NCBI GenBank assembly: GCA_013265495.1
Contig: MU062035.1
Coordinates: 1 to 64,000, forward strand
Source: Vicugna vicugna
Taxonomy: Eukaryota
Direction: 5' to 3'
DNA length: 64,000 bases
The notes below the pieces were generated by a model. It saw nothing but the letters and a program-made list of their open reading frames with translations, was not told the DNA's origin and did no database searches. Position numbers and translations under genes: made by a program. Below are positions 41,951 to 54,305 of this stretch, one piece after another (the stretch's first letter is position 1; each line of letters opens with the position of its first letter).

Positions 41951-42299
41951 TGTTAGTTTTCTAGGGTCACCATAACAATGTGGCTTTTTAAACAATAGAA
42001 ATTTAATTTCTCACAGTTCTAGAGTCTAGAAATCCAAGATCAAGGTGTTGGCGGGTTGGTCTCCTCTGAGGCCGTCTTCTCCCNNNNNNNNNNNNNNNNN
42101 NNNNNNNNNNNNNNNNNNNNNNNNNNNNNNNNNNNNNNNNNNNNNNNNNNNNNNNNNNNNNNNNNNNNNNNNNNNNNNNNNNNNNNNNNNNNNNNNNNNN
42201 NNNNNNNNNNNNNNNNNNNNNNNNNNNNNNNNNNNTGGAGCACTGGGGGTTAGGACTTCAACATAAGAATTTGAAGGGCACACAGTTCAGCCCACAGCA
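41951..42299 (-). mobile_element. MLT1A-like MaLR solo LTR with internal N gap
   Basis: tgttagttttctagggtcaccataacaa...tctcacagttctagagtctagaaatccaagatcaaggtg...ttaggacttcaacataagaattt...ttcagcccacagca. Confidence 0.8.
42084..42235. other. Assembly gap
   Basis: 152-nt N run inside an MLT1 LTR. Confidence 0.98.
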
Positions 42300-42888
42300 C
42301 CCTCACACAGGCCCCCCACCACCCGCTTAAGGCAACTCAAACTGGGTTTCAGGCTCTTGATCCTAAGAGTCCCAGTTAAACTACCCACCATCCACTGGGC
42401 TTGACCCCAAAGCAACTCCTGTCCCTTCTCTCAGTTCCTACATCCTGCATACATATGCACACATGCACACAGGCATGCACGTGACTACCCGCCGCATTTC
42501 AAGCACTCTACCCACATTACATTGAATAATATGGAAAGATGGAATAATCTTAAATTCCTTTTTTTTTTTCGGACTGACCCAATTTTGCTAGCTAGAAATG
42601 CCTTCCCTTGAGCTTGTAATGTTGCAGAGTCAGAGGCCAAACTGCATTTGTGGGGAAGTCTACCCAGGTCTTATCCTCAACCTAGCAATTTAGAATTTAG
42701 AGATAGCGCTTGAGGGCCTGCATTCTAAGGCTAAACTGCAGGTTTTCTGATACAGGAGGTGTGGGGTGGGGCTTGAGCATATGTATTTTCCAGAACCTCT
42801 TTGGGTGGTTCTGTGGCAAAATCAGGGTTTGGGACCGCTGCCCTGGGGTAGTAAATCCAGCCTAGAAGGTCCTTCGGCTATTACAGCA

Positions 42889-42918
42889 CGCAGTCCCATA
42901 ACTCGCCACTAGATGGCA
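42889..42918 (+). promoter_or_regulatory. Candidate CTCF site with upstream (ZF9-11) module
   Basis: Core CCACTAGATGGCA (42906-42918) fits CCASYAGRKGGCR exactly and is preceded, after an 8-nt spacer, by CGCAGTCCC (TGCAGTNCC-type module). Confidence 0.6.
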
Positions 42919-43641
42919 AGCAAACCAGCATAGACCACCCAGCAATCCAGGCCCAACAAGTCACTGTCACAGGGACCCCCGTCCATTCCTGCAGCCTGAA
43001 AAGGGTGGTTCTTGATAGCGAAATGTCTTCTGTTTTGTTTCCCCACTGAAGGCAAGAAACGCATCTTCAGTAGGACAGGCAGAATTTGGAAGCTGGCCTC
43101 AGGACAAATTTGGATGCTGGTGACCTCCCCAGATTCCCTCCCAGCCAGGAGACCCCCCCATCGGGAGGCGAGCTGAGAGACGGGGCTGATCTCACCCAGG
43201 ATGCCTTCCTCTGTTGATGCAACTCCGACACGAGGTGCCAGCTGTTTCCCTTCCGCTGAGAGGTCCCTGGCCGGTGGCCTCCGGGAGCGGGACACCTGTG
43301 GCCAGGCAGCTGGGGAGCAGCAGGCTACTTCTAAGGGCCATTGTTCCCAGGGAGAGAGGGCTATACAAACTGCCCTGCGGGACCACGTGGACAGCCCCAG
43401 GGAGTCAGACACAGCTGGGGCACCCGAGGAATGCCCATACACTTCACCGTGTCCAGCACCTGCCTCCTCTCCACGTTCCTGCAGAACAAATGTGCTTTCC
43501 TCCTGCCCCTGGGTATGCCAAGGAGGGCCTCTCCCTCTGGGTGCCGGGAACCCACAGGAACAATCAGGTATCCGGGTATGGGGTGCAGGGTGTGGGAAGG
43601 GAGACGTATCAGAGCAAAGGCAGACAGGTGTGTGGAAAGAC

Positions 43642-44178
43642 TGGGGTGGGCGGATTTATGGTCCCTAAATGTCCACCTCCTAGTCCCCAGAACATGTGAC
43701 TATGTCACCTTACATGGCAAAGGGGAATCAAAGTTGCCAATGGAATTAAGGCTGTTAATCAGATGGCCTGAAAAGGGGAGATGATCCTATTTCAGGATTG
43801 TCTGGTTGGGCTCCCTGATGGGGCCTTAAAAGAGGATGGGGGAGGCAGAAGAAGGGAGTGGAGGCGGGGGTGTGACTGTGGGAGAGGGTCAGAGTTGATG
43901 TGATGCACAGTAAAGTCTTGACCCCATTTCCCGGCTTTGAAGATGGAGGAAGGGGCCATGTGCCAAGGAATATGGGCACCTCTACAAGCTGGAAAAAGGA
44001 AGAGCTGGATTCTCCCCAGGAGCTTCCAGAAGAATGCGGCCCAGCCAACACCTTGATTTTTAGCCCAGTGAGGCCTGTGTCAGACCTCTGACCTCCAGAG
44101 CTGTAAAATCGTGCCTCTGGTTTGTTTAAGCCACCACGTTTGTGGCACTTTGTTACCGCAGCCCTGGGGAACTAACAC
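43642..44178 (+). mobile_element. MLT1D-like MaLR solo LTR
   Basis: atgtgactatgtcaccttacatggcaaagggg...ggctttgaagatggaggaaggggccatgtgccaagg...ccagccaacaccttgattttagcccagtgag...gtttaagccaccacgtttgtggcactttgtta. Confidence 0.85.
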
Positions 44179-44409
44179 CCAGGGCAAGGCAGTGTAGCAA
44201 TGCTGATCACACACGCCCCTCAGCTCAGCCCCGATGGGGCAGGTGAAACGGCCTCCACCCTACAGACCAGGCTCAGCGAGGCTGAGAAATGTGCGAGTTT
44301 CACGCCGCAGGTTAGAGGAAAAGCTGGCATCAAGCTGTTTCTGCCTGACTCCAAGCCCTGCTCTCTCCAACGCACCTGATCTCGAGTTGGAGCCCCCCCC
44401 CCCATGAAG

Positions 44410-44720
44410 CAGACAGCTCCTAAAATGGCTCGAATGGCCCCACCTCCTGGTGTTCATGTCTCCGTCAAATCCCCTCCACTGGAGTGTGACTCGCTTCTAA
44501 GATACAATCCAGCAAGAAGGACTGGATGTCACTCCTGAGATTAGTTATAAAAGACTGAACTCCCTCTGGCTCTTCTTTGCTCTCACTGATGGAACCACCT
44601 GCCAAGTTGTAAGCTGAGCCACGGAGAGGCCCAAGTGGCAAGGACCTGAAGGCGATCTCAGACCGAGGCGCCGGTCCCTCTCTTGTCCCCGCTTTGTTCT
44701 GGGCAGAGCAGAGTTTGAGA
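44410..44720 (+). mobile_element. MLT1E/F-like MaLR LTR fragment
   Basis: ccccacctcctggtgttcatgtc...gtgactcgcttcta...ggatgtcactcctgagattagttataaaagactg...ggagaggcccaagtggcaagga. Confidence 0.6.
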
Positions 44721-45369
44721 AATGGCATTACACAGACCCTGGGGTTTCAGGCCGTGAATGAGCAGGTGTCTCTGTGGGAAGCTGTTATCCAGGACACAGG
44801 CCCCCAGCCCTCACAGCATAAGGCTGAGAGTACAAACACCCCTGGCCTGTAACGCGGTGACATCCAAGGGGGCGTGGGATATGACCCGGAGCTCCAGGCT
44901 AACATCTTAGCAGCAGGCCCGAGAAATCCCACGCGCCACGCTTTATGCTTGGTGTTAAAGTGTCGCTCCTCACTCTGGAGGGTACAGTCCCCTCCCTCAT
45001 GCCAGGTACTGGGATGGGCACTGGTCATTCATCAAGTGAACAAAAGTGACCTGGCCGCTGTCCTCATGGAGCTGACAGCACAGAAGGAACAGACACCAAA
45101 GATTTAAATGACATTCGTGATAAATGTCATGAAAGCATGACCCAGCGGAGCTGAACTGTACTTTCAAAAAGGAGGAAATGTTTTTTCATTCCTTTCTTGA
45201 CTTCTGCCCCCTAGTTCATGTCCCATGAACCACTTACAAATGGTGGCAGGGAGCCAAGTTTGCAATGACAGGTCCCAAGGATACGTAGGCACAGAGGAGG
45301 TCACCTTCCCTGCCCCAGCCAGGCAAACACAGTCACGAGACTGCATCCTCCAAGCCACTGCTTCCGGTT

Positions 45370-45580
45370 CAGTGGTAGGATTCTGTTGACTAGAACCCTG
45401 CCCCGTGAGCCTGCCTGCCTGGGTTCAAGTGCCCTCATGGTCACTAATCAGTGGTGAGACCTTGGGTGTGTATGTGACCTCCCTGGGGCCTCAGTCTGGT
45501 CATCTGTAAAATGGGTTGGCAGTAACCCTTCAGGGGTTATCATGAGGATGAAACGGGAAGGGACACGTAGGCACTTGGCC
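45370..45580 (+). mobile_element. MIR SINE
   Basis: ctgggttcaagtgcc...gggcctcagtctggtcatctgtaaaatggg. Confidence 0.75.
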
Positions 45581-48500
45581 AGGGTCTTTCAGGGATGCTC
45601 GTGAGGGTTTATCATTTACAGCTCTTGTAACCCTTCTCCCTGTTGTCCAAGGGAGCTCTTGTAACCCTTTGGAGAATTGCCGCCCCTGGGGGTGGGGGTC
45701 ATCTCCAGGTTGAGGCCAAGGGGCTGGGGCAAGGCAATAACAAGATGCTACCCCCTGGGCTCCTCAGGAAAGTCTGCGATGGGAGGAGATGGGGTGTGGG
45801 TCGTCCAGCAGGAACAGGGCCAGGGACTAGGCCCTGGGGCAGCCCTGCCCACACTCCGTCCCCCAGGACCCATCTTCAGCACAGCCATGTGCCTGGCTCC
45901 TTTCCAGCTGTACCTTGAGCTTCTGAAACCTCTGGGCTGGAGAAGTGGCCTTGTCAGGGGGCCGCTGCAGAATGGACGCCCTTAGGAATCTTCCAGAATC
46001 GCCCGAGACAGGGCGACTCCTCACCAGCCAAAGCCATGGAGAGCCTGGGACCAGTGCTCTGTTTCTTGACCCGCCAGCTCAGGGGCGTGGGACCGGCTAG
46101 TGGGGCCATCTGTTCTGACGAGCTCACATCACAGGTGAGGGTGGCAAGGCCCAGAGAGGAGACATGGCTTGCCCAAGATCACACAGTTTACAGAGATCAG
46201 AGCCAGGACTGGAGCTATGATCTGGATCTCACTCTTCTTAATCCTGGCAGAGAGAATGGCTCTGCAACCACTGCTTAAAGAAGAAATGCCTGAAGCAGCG
46301 GTGGTCAAACTGTGCTTCACGGAACCCCAGAGGGCTCCGAGGAACCCTACAAGCGCACCTAGGGACATACGATCCACAACTCATCCCTGACTAGGAGGTA
46401 CTTCTAAACAGTCTGCGGATACTCACTTACAGCCAAGAGAGGCTGGGATCCAGCACCCAGGGACCTGCCTTTAAGGCTGGTCCCACCACTCACCACCTGC
46501 ATGACCTTGGCCTCGATGATAACCCAATCTCAGTCGCCTCTTCTGGAAAGGGGCACGGGAACAGTTGTATTTTTCACTCCCTGGGTTGTTGGGGGACTGG
46601 ATGAGACCCAAGTAAAGGAGCATCATGAGTGGCAAAGCTTTAAAACCCCAGCATCTATCAGTCTCAGCTGAGCTCACCACGCACCCATGCTCTAGATCCC
46701 AGAAGGGGACGTGGATCCAGCTGAGAGGGGGCAGGTGGAGGTAGAGAGTTTGGGAGTCTATCTGGATGAGAGTAAACCATGCTGTGAAGCTCACATATTC
46801 ATTCATCAAACACTTATCAAGTGCTTTCTCTGGTTGGGACCCCCAGCTTGCCATGGGCAACAAGGAAACAAATGGGACACAGTTCCGCCGCTCAAGGAGC
46901 TTACATTACATGTCAGCAAATAAATCCCCTGAAGAGCAGTGGGAGCTCGCACAGGGCCCCCAAGGCCCAGAAAAAAATGAAAAAGAGGGGGGCCCTGGCC
47001 TCCTGGGGCTCTCCATTGTGCCTCATTTGTATGCTTGGGATGACAGGACAGCTCTTGTCTTTAACCAGAATTTGAGAAACGTGTAGGGAAGAGGAGAGAG
47101 GTGTCAGAGCAGAGTGGAAAGGGCCCTGCACCTGTGGTCAGAGTATGTGAATTCAAGTCCAGCCTCTGACTGGCCATGTGATCGTGGGCAGAGAAGCCAC
47201 GCCTTTCGCTGGTTTCAGCATCTCCTCCCGAGATGAAAGCGTCTGCACTGTGTAGCCCTTCCAGCCCTGACAAGGGGACTTCTAGAAAAGACGGTGATGT
47301 TATCACTAGGACACTCAGCCAAACAGTCCCTGAACTTGATGGCTCAGCTGGACGGCATCCCCAGAAAGACTGTGGAGTTGGGTGAGGGGCAGCCCCAGGC
47401 CCCTCCCCAAGCCATTGTCCCAGAGGTCTCCACCCTTCACAGGCCCATCCCTGACATCCTTGTGGCTCTTCCTGAGAAGCAGGGGCCCCTGTAATTAATG
47501 TTTACGCCACACAGCACGTGGGATGCACATTACTTAGCACAGCCGGGAGCAGGTAGAAGTGACCTGTGTGATCTCCGCCTCTGGCTCAGCTGAGGGTGAA
47601 CAGCTGGCCTGTGGATTGTGGGCTCCATCATGCATGTCAGCCATGAGGGACGGTCATTATCAGGACTGCCACCACTCCCTGCCACCTGATAGGTGTGTTT
47701 GTCACACACCACTCATTTGCTGTACTAACATTATTCTGGTTCAGGAAATAAAATGGACTCGGAAGTCAGAAATGGGAAAAATGAAAAAGATAAATGTACC
47801 CTATGCCCAAAACATACAGATTAAGGGAGAAGTGTAAATATTTTTCTAATGACACAAATTCTATTAACTCTGGAATCAGTATTGATTTTTTCCTGTCTGA
47901 AATGTTAGATGTTATATAAGTGAAAAATTATTCCTAATGTTCCATTCCAGCACTTTCTAATTATTCATAGGACTTGAATAGATCTTTGTGGACTACCTTG
48001 GAAAACCACCTTAGTTTTAATAATATTGCTGCCGTAAGAAAGTAAATTTTGATTCCCAGTCACACATCTATCAAGGAGGCTTTGGAACATAAGCAGCTCC
48101 CACAAAGCTTTCTTGAATATTACAATCAGGAGCATTCAGTGTACAATTGTCACTATTGGGTGAATGAGGACAGAATGACTCTTTCTCCCCTAGATAGCCA
48201 TTCTGTTAAAGAAGCTCCAGGCTGTAGATGCCACACCTGGGAGAGGAGAAATAATGCTCAGATCAACATAAGGGCAAAGGTCTAATTTAAAACCTTCCAG
48301 GGAAGATACCATTAATTTTGCAAGAAAATGAGACTATCAAGTAATGACCCAGGGGTCCTACTACAGGGGATAGGGTAACTTTAAAGAGTCATAGACTCAT
48401 GAAAAAGACCTTAGGTCAAGTTCCCACTGAAGAATGGCGAAAGAGTGCAGGAGACGTTCATTCTCTCGGCCCTCAGGTGGCCAGCAGGTGCACCCAGGCT

Positions 48501-48689
48501 GGTCACCTCTGGCCAGGAGCAGCCTTATCTGTTGACCCCAGGGAGCTAAGCTGTGAGGAAAAGAAAGGCCTCGTTCCGGGGTCCAAAAGCTATAATGAGC
48601 AGAGGAAACACCTGGGGGGCTGTTGGAGCTGCAGGTGTCCCACCCTGGACACACCGAGCTGGCCAGGCCATTCCCAGGTGCAGTAGAAA

Positions 48690-48810
48690 CACCTAGAGAG
48701 GTTTCTCAACCCTAGTGTTATGGTCCCACCCCAGAGATTCTTATTCAATTGGTCTGAGGTGGGGCCCATAGTTACTCTGTAAAAGGTGATCCTAGCACAC
48801 AGCCAAGATT
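48690..48810. mobile_element. MER5B-like fragment
   Basis: gaggtttctcaaccct...ccaccccagagattcttattcaattggtctgaggtggggccc. Confidence 0.55.
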
Positions 48811-49329
48811 TTTAAATCCAATCTCCCACTCAGTGTAAGAGTTTCCCAAGACACCTTAACAGGTGTCTCCAGCCTGGTGTCCAGACGTCCTCCCTCCTTC
48901 TTGCTGCTGAAATAAGAGCAAGCGCTGTGTAAGCGATTGTGGTTACTGTTATTATCACTGTTACCATCATCATTTGTGTTTGGTCATAGCAGCAAGTTCA
49001 ACCCATCCGTCCCCATGTCCCAGGTGCCATGACCCTTTGGTTTGGGTGCTAGAGGAGCTAGGCTAAGCCAATCAGGGTGCAGTTCCATGCCCCTACCTGC
49101 CAGTGATTGGTGCAGCAATGAGCACATGACCCAGTCAGAGCCCAAAAGATTAATTTTGCCATTGTTGACCCAGAGAATTACTCTCTTTTCCTCCTTGTAC
49201 CTGAGAGGATGTCAGCCTAGAAGATCTAGAAGAATGAGGAAGACCTTGTTCCTGAAACTCAATGGCCTCCTTTGCAAAGCTCACCTGCTTTGCGTTTAAG
49301 GTGCAAAGATCTCCTATTAGGACCAACGT

Positions 49330-50112
49330 CAATATGCCAGGAAGTCCTGTTGGTGCTGCCTCAAAGCATCACAAGGAGACATCTCCCTCCACTGTCCCCA
49401 CCTGGCCAAGCCCCATCATTTGTCACTGAATTATTGTCACAGCTTCTTAAATGCTCCTGCTGCTTCTGTCCTTGTCCCCATCTATTCTCCATGCAGCAGC
49501 CAGCTCCTCTTAGAAACACTGTCGGGTCCTGTCACTCCTCTGAAGGATGCTCTCTGAAGGCCCCACATCTGTGAGTAAAACCCCAAGTCCTTCCAGTAAC
49601 CCACACAATTCTACAGAACCCCCTGCCCCTCACCTCTCTGACCCTATCCCCCAGCACCCTCCCACTTGCTTAACTCACTCCAGCCAAATGGTCCTTCGCA
49701 ATGTTCCCCAAATACCCCAGCAGACTCCTGCCTCAGGGCCTTTGCACTTGCTGTGCCTCCTGCCCAGAACACCCTCCCCATCCTACAGCCTCCACTCCAC
49801 TTCCCTGCACTCCCTCACCTCCCTCAGAATTTCTGAATGTCACGTTCTCTGATCATTAAGTTCAAAAATCCAACTCTCCCCATTCCTCAAGCCTTCAGCA
49901 CTTACCATCCTCCCTTCCTGCTTTGTTTTACTCCTTATCTTCACCCAACTTACCTCAATTTACTTATTTATGTGTTTCTTGGTCTTCTCCCCTGAGAGAA
50001 TGCAAGTTACGTGAGGGCAGAAATGCTAGTCTGTCTTATCTCCTGCTGTGTGCCCAGAGACTGAAACAGTACCTGGCACACAGCAGGTGATCAACAAAGC
50101 TTATTGAATGAT
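49330..50112 (+). mobile_element. L2 LINE 3' portion
   Basis: cagggcctttgcacttgctgtgcc...gaatgcaagttacgtgagggcagaaatgctagtctgtctt...acagtacctggcacacagcaggtgatcaacaaagcttattgaatga. Confidence 0.8.
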
Positions 50113-50223
50113 GACTAGAGTAAGTCTAGAATCTGCCATCCAATAACCATGGAAGGACGACTACTGAAACACTCTAAACTTTGGGACCAAGAGCTCCAGT
50201 GTAGCCCAGTAGCACTGGGAAGA

Positions 50224-50272
50224 TGAATGAATGAACAAACGAATGAATGAATGAATGAATGAATGAATGAAT
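50224..50272 (+). repeat. (TGAA)n microsatellite
   Basis: tgaatgaatgaacaaacgaatgaatgaatgaatgaatgaatgaatgaat. Confidence 0.9.
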
Positions 50273-50759
50273 ATAATCCCTTCCTCCCTGAAGGCCGGGA
50301 CTCTTTGTCTTTCTAGCCCTGCCACTCACCAGCTGTGAGGCTTTCGGCAAGCCCCTTCTCTGGGCATCAGTTTCCGTAGCTGTAACATGGGAAGAAAGGA
50401 CTTAATGATCTCTGAGATCTACCGGACATTCAAGATTTCAACAGGCACCATCAGGAGGGGAAGGAGAGGAACTTTCTTCTAAGGCTCAGAAATTCTCACA
50501 TGCACATTGCCAGCAAAAGATCAGGGGACATTTTTGAAAGGGGAAATTCTGTTGGCAAGTAACCAACATCTTTTTACATCTTTAGAATGGGACTGCGGCC
50601 GTGCGGAGCCCTCTCTCTCTACTTTCTGCTTCTCGGAGCATCTCACCTGCAACCCTGGACGACTGTGTTGCAGGGAGGGGAGGGGAGGGAAACGCACTAG
50701 TGCGTTTTTCCCTTATCTTGAAGCATTTTTAAAAAGGATGTCTAAAAGACTTGGAACCA

Positions 50760-51277
50760 CTCCAGGGTGTATGCCTGACAGAAAGGAGAGCTCTGTATCC
50801 CCCAAAACCAGGTGCAAAAATATTTGTAGCTGCTGTTTCAGAACAGCCCCAAATTAGAAATGCCCTGAAGTCTATCAACAGAAGAATGAAAACGTATAGT
50901 ATAGTAAGACAATGGAATGTTACACAGCAGTGAAGAAGAACAAAGGACAGCCATACAAAAGCCCTGCCTGGATCTCGCAGACACAATATTGAGTGAAAGA
51001 AGTCAGAGACAAAAGAACACATACTGGATAATTCTGTTTATTTGAAGTTCAAAAATAGGCTAAATTTATTTACAGTGATGAAGGTCAGAATTAAGGTGAC
51101 TTGAGGGAGTTTGGACTGGAAAAGGATACGAGGCAGCCTTCTCAGGTTCTGGGAATGCTCTCAATTCTGAGCTGGGTTATGGCTACGTGGATATGTCCTT
51201 GGGTAAAAACTCATCAAGCTGTCCACTCAAGAGTTTTGCACCTCACTGAATATAAATTATGCCTCAATAAAAAAAAA
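50760..51277 (+). mobile_element. L1MD/ME-like 3' end with poly-A
   Basis: acacaatattgagtgaaagaagtcagagacaaaagaacacatac...gtaaaaactcatcaagctgt...ttatgcctcaataaaaaaaaag. Confidence 0.8.
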
Positions 51278-51859
51278 GAAGAAATAAAAAGAAGTAAAAG
51301 GTCTGGAACAAAAGAGGGTTCCAGCCCAGGGAGGTCCTCAGCCACCCATACGTAGGGGATTTCCACAAGATTGGGTGGCTGTTCCCACCTCCCCTGGCAG
51401 CCCACAAGGTTACTAGCTCAGAACTCTGGCCACTGCTTCCTCCTTCTGAGCAGCCTGGTCCCCAGAAGCCGAGAGGACAAAGGGCACAGCTTCCTCTGCC
51501 TCTAGGCTGTGGGTGTTCACCCTCCACCCTCCTACCCTCCCCTTCCCATCTCCCACCCCCTTCCTGACAGCCAAGGCCTCAGACTGGGCCCCATTCCCCC
51601 ATCCTTTGCTGGCCTCTACCCCCTGCCCCCATACACAAGTGTTCCATGATCTCAGATGACATAGAGAGGAAATCCCAGCCTGGCACCTTCCTCTTGGCCT
51701 TTGAAGCTCTCTGGGTGAAGTTCACAGTTGCTTCTCCAACCAAGACATTGGAGAGTCAAATTCAACTACCAGGACTAGGTCTTGGACCCTCAGATCATAC
51801 CAGACCAGTGACTCCTGACTCAAGAGCAGTGACCCCCATCACTGTTCTTCCTGACCCAG

Positions 51860-52090
51860 AATGGTTTCATTCATGTTGGGAGGTTCTCTCAAACAACAAT
51901 AGGAGCCTCTCCTGTACAGGGCAACTTCTCATGAACAACTTTTCATTGTTTGCTGCAATGAAATGGGCAACTTGTCAGGACTGTAATTACCAACCCCATT
52001 TTACAGATGAGGAAGCTGAGGCTCCACAAGGTGAAATGACTCACCCAAGGAGCCGGAGTTCGTAACCGCAGAGTCAGACAGCTCACATGC
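51860..52090 (-). mobile_element. MIR SINE
   Basis: ccccattttacagatgaggaagctgaggctcc. Confidence 0.7.
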
Positions 52091-54164
52091 CAGGCCATGT
52101 GCCTAGTACCAAGCTAGACTACCTCCCATCAATATAAACATAAGTGCCAACCCTGTGAATGGTGCCTGGGAGTAGCTAAAAGGCAATACAAGGTGAAAGA
52201 AATGGTTAAAGATTTCTAATAGGAAAAGATCAGAATCCCAATTACTGTACAATTTTTTAAAAAAACTTCGGATTACATTGAATTGGAAGAAAAAAAGAAC
52301 AAAACACTTTCTCCACTTCTGGCCAAATAGAGGGCCAGTTAGCCCGATGGTGCTATCCAAACCAGGCCCACGTGCTTTACAAGAAAAATACAACCCCTGA
52401 AAAAACCCAAAGGCATGAGGTGAGTCTGTCTTCTCCCAGGCCTGCACTGACTCGCTGTTCCCAGCACACTGGCTGCAGAAAGCCTCAGAGCAGAGCCCTT
52501 GGGTGGATAAAGGGCTGGCACGACAAATGGCTCATCAGATGCTCCTGCCCACCAGAGGTGAGGAAGGAAGGAAGGTAGGAATGCCTTTCTGCCCAAGTGC
52601 TTAGAGAAAACAGCTCCCTGGAGTCCCAGTGACTAGCAAGCTCTTGGATAGCTCAGGGCCCTTTGACAGGAGACAGCCAAGGGGACATCAGGCGGGGCTC
52701 TGCAGGGAGCTGAGCAGAAACCCAGGGAGCCCTCTAGGCTCTGCATTATAATTGGATTTTCCAAGAAATAGGTTTGTCCAGCTTTGCAAGCTGTTGATTT
52801 ACAAATTGACCTCAGCCAACATTTACTCTTCCCTATAACTGGATTTGCCAACTCTCAGACTCGGCCTCTTGTTTCATCCTTCCATTTTTACCCCTGCTCT
52901 TCTCCAGGGAGTCGACCTGCTCAGGCTGTCTGGACTCCCGGGCGGCGGTTAATGTGGCGTGAGAAGGGTCAATATACTTCACTGTGTCTATAACCGGCCT
53001 CCTATCAGTCACAACCTTTCTGCCAATCACCGAGGGAATAGGCGGGCCTTAGGAAAAGTTTGACCAATGGCCTTTCGCTTTCATCCAGGTAAATCTTGTG
53101 ACCCTGCGCAGACCGGCAGGGACCTGAGAGTGCAGGTATCAGGAAAGGTGAGGGTAAAATAAAGCCATACCTTTGTGGGGACCGAGTGGCTAAGAGGATT
53201 CGCTCTAGGCTCAAGTCCCAGCTCTGCTTTCCCACTAGCTGTTAACTTTGGACAAACGCTCCTCTTCCAATTTGAGGTTGAAATGAGATAATGCATGTGA
53301 AGTATTTAGCACAGCACCTGGCATGTACCAAGATGATGAAGGGTGACATTGTAACTGATGGTGTTCTTCAGTCCCAGTTTTCTGATTTTTTCAAGACCCT
53401 CTCCACCCCTATAATTCAAGCAGCTTTTATCATATGTCTGCAGGAAGGGATGACACAGCGAAAAAAGAGAACCAAACGGTCCTGGCTTTTGAATTTTGAA
53501 AGCCTACGAAGTTGGGGAAACAGAAAAGACTGGCATGTGCACACGGTAGAATAGATTCTACTTTTGGGGGTGGGGGACAACCCAGATGCTGAACTAGCAA
53601 GGCTTCCTGCCTCTTTTAAGACAAAATAAAGCTTCCCAGATCAGGAGGAGGAGGGAAAGTCTGAAAGGAAGCAAAGAAAACCAAGAACGAGGGCCCTGGG
53701 CTGTGTTCCATTGTGCCCCTTTCCCGTGTGGAGCCAGGGAGGGCAGCAGGAGCCTAGGCGGAACAATATATCTGGGCAGGTGGGTCTGCGATAGCTCCAT
53801 CATGTTTCTCTGCACCAGCAAGGAGCAGAACGATCATTCCTAGGCACTGAAAAGTGACAGAAGTGTGGAAGAGTTGGGCTTGCCAACTCAAGTGTTAAAT
53901 AGGCTAGGCAGGTTTTATAAAGGAGTGAATCCAGGCTGGATGGGTAATAGGGAATGGTGAGGACTGTGGTGAATCCACAGAAGGGCATGCCTGGTCTAAA
54001 GGGGCAGCCACGACCCAGGTCCAGCGGATTGCTGCCCCACTGGGATGTGTGCCCAGAGACCTCTACTCCAGATAGCTAGACCCTTCTGTGCAAATTCCCA
54101 TCTCAAATCTCAGCAACTAACGATTTTTGTAACAAAATTTCTGAAAATATGCTCTTTCTTTTTT

Positions 54165-54305
54165 CTTCCAGTTTCATTGAGATACAGTTGGCGTAACATA
54201 AACATGTATAAGTTTAAGGTGTACAGCATAGTGACTTGACTTACATACAGTACAGAACAATGACCACGATAAGTTTAGAAGGAACTCATCATCTCATATA
54301 GATAC
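54165..54305 (-). mobile_element. L1MA-type 3'UTR fragment
   Basis: cagtttcattgagatacagttggc...gtataagtttaaggtgtacagcata. Confidence 0.6.
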
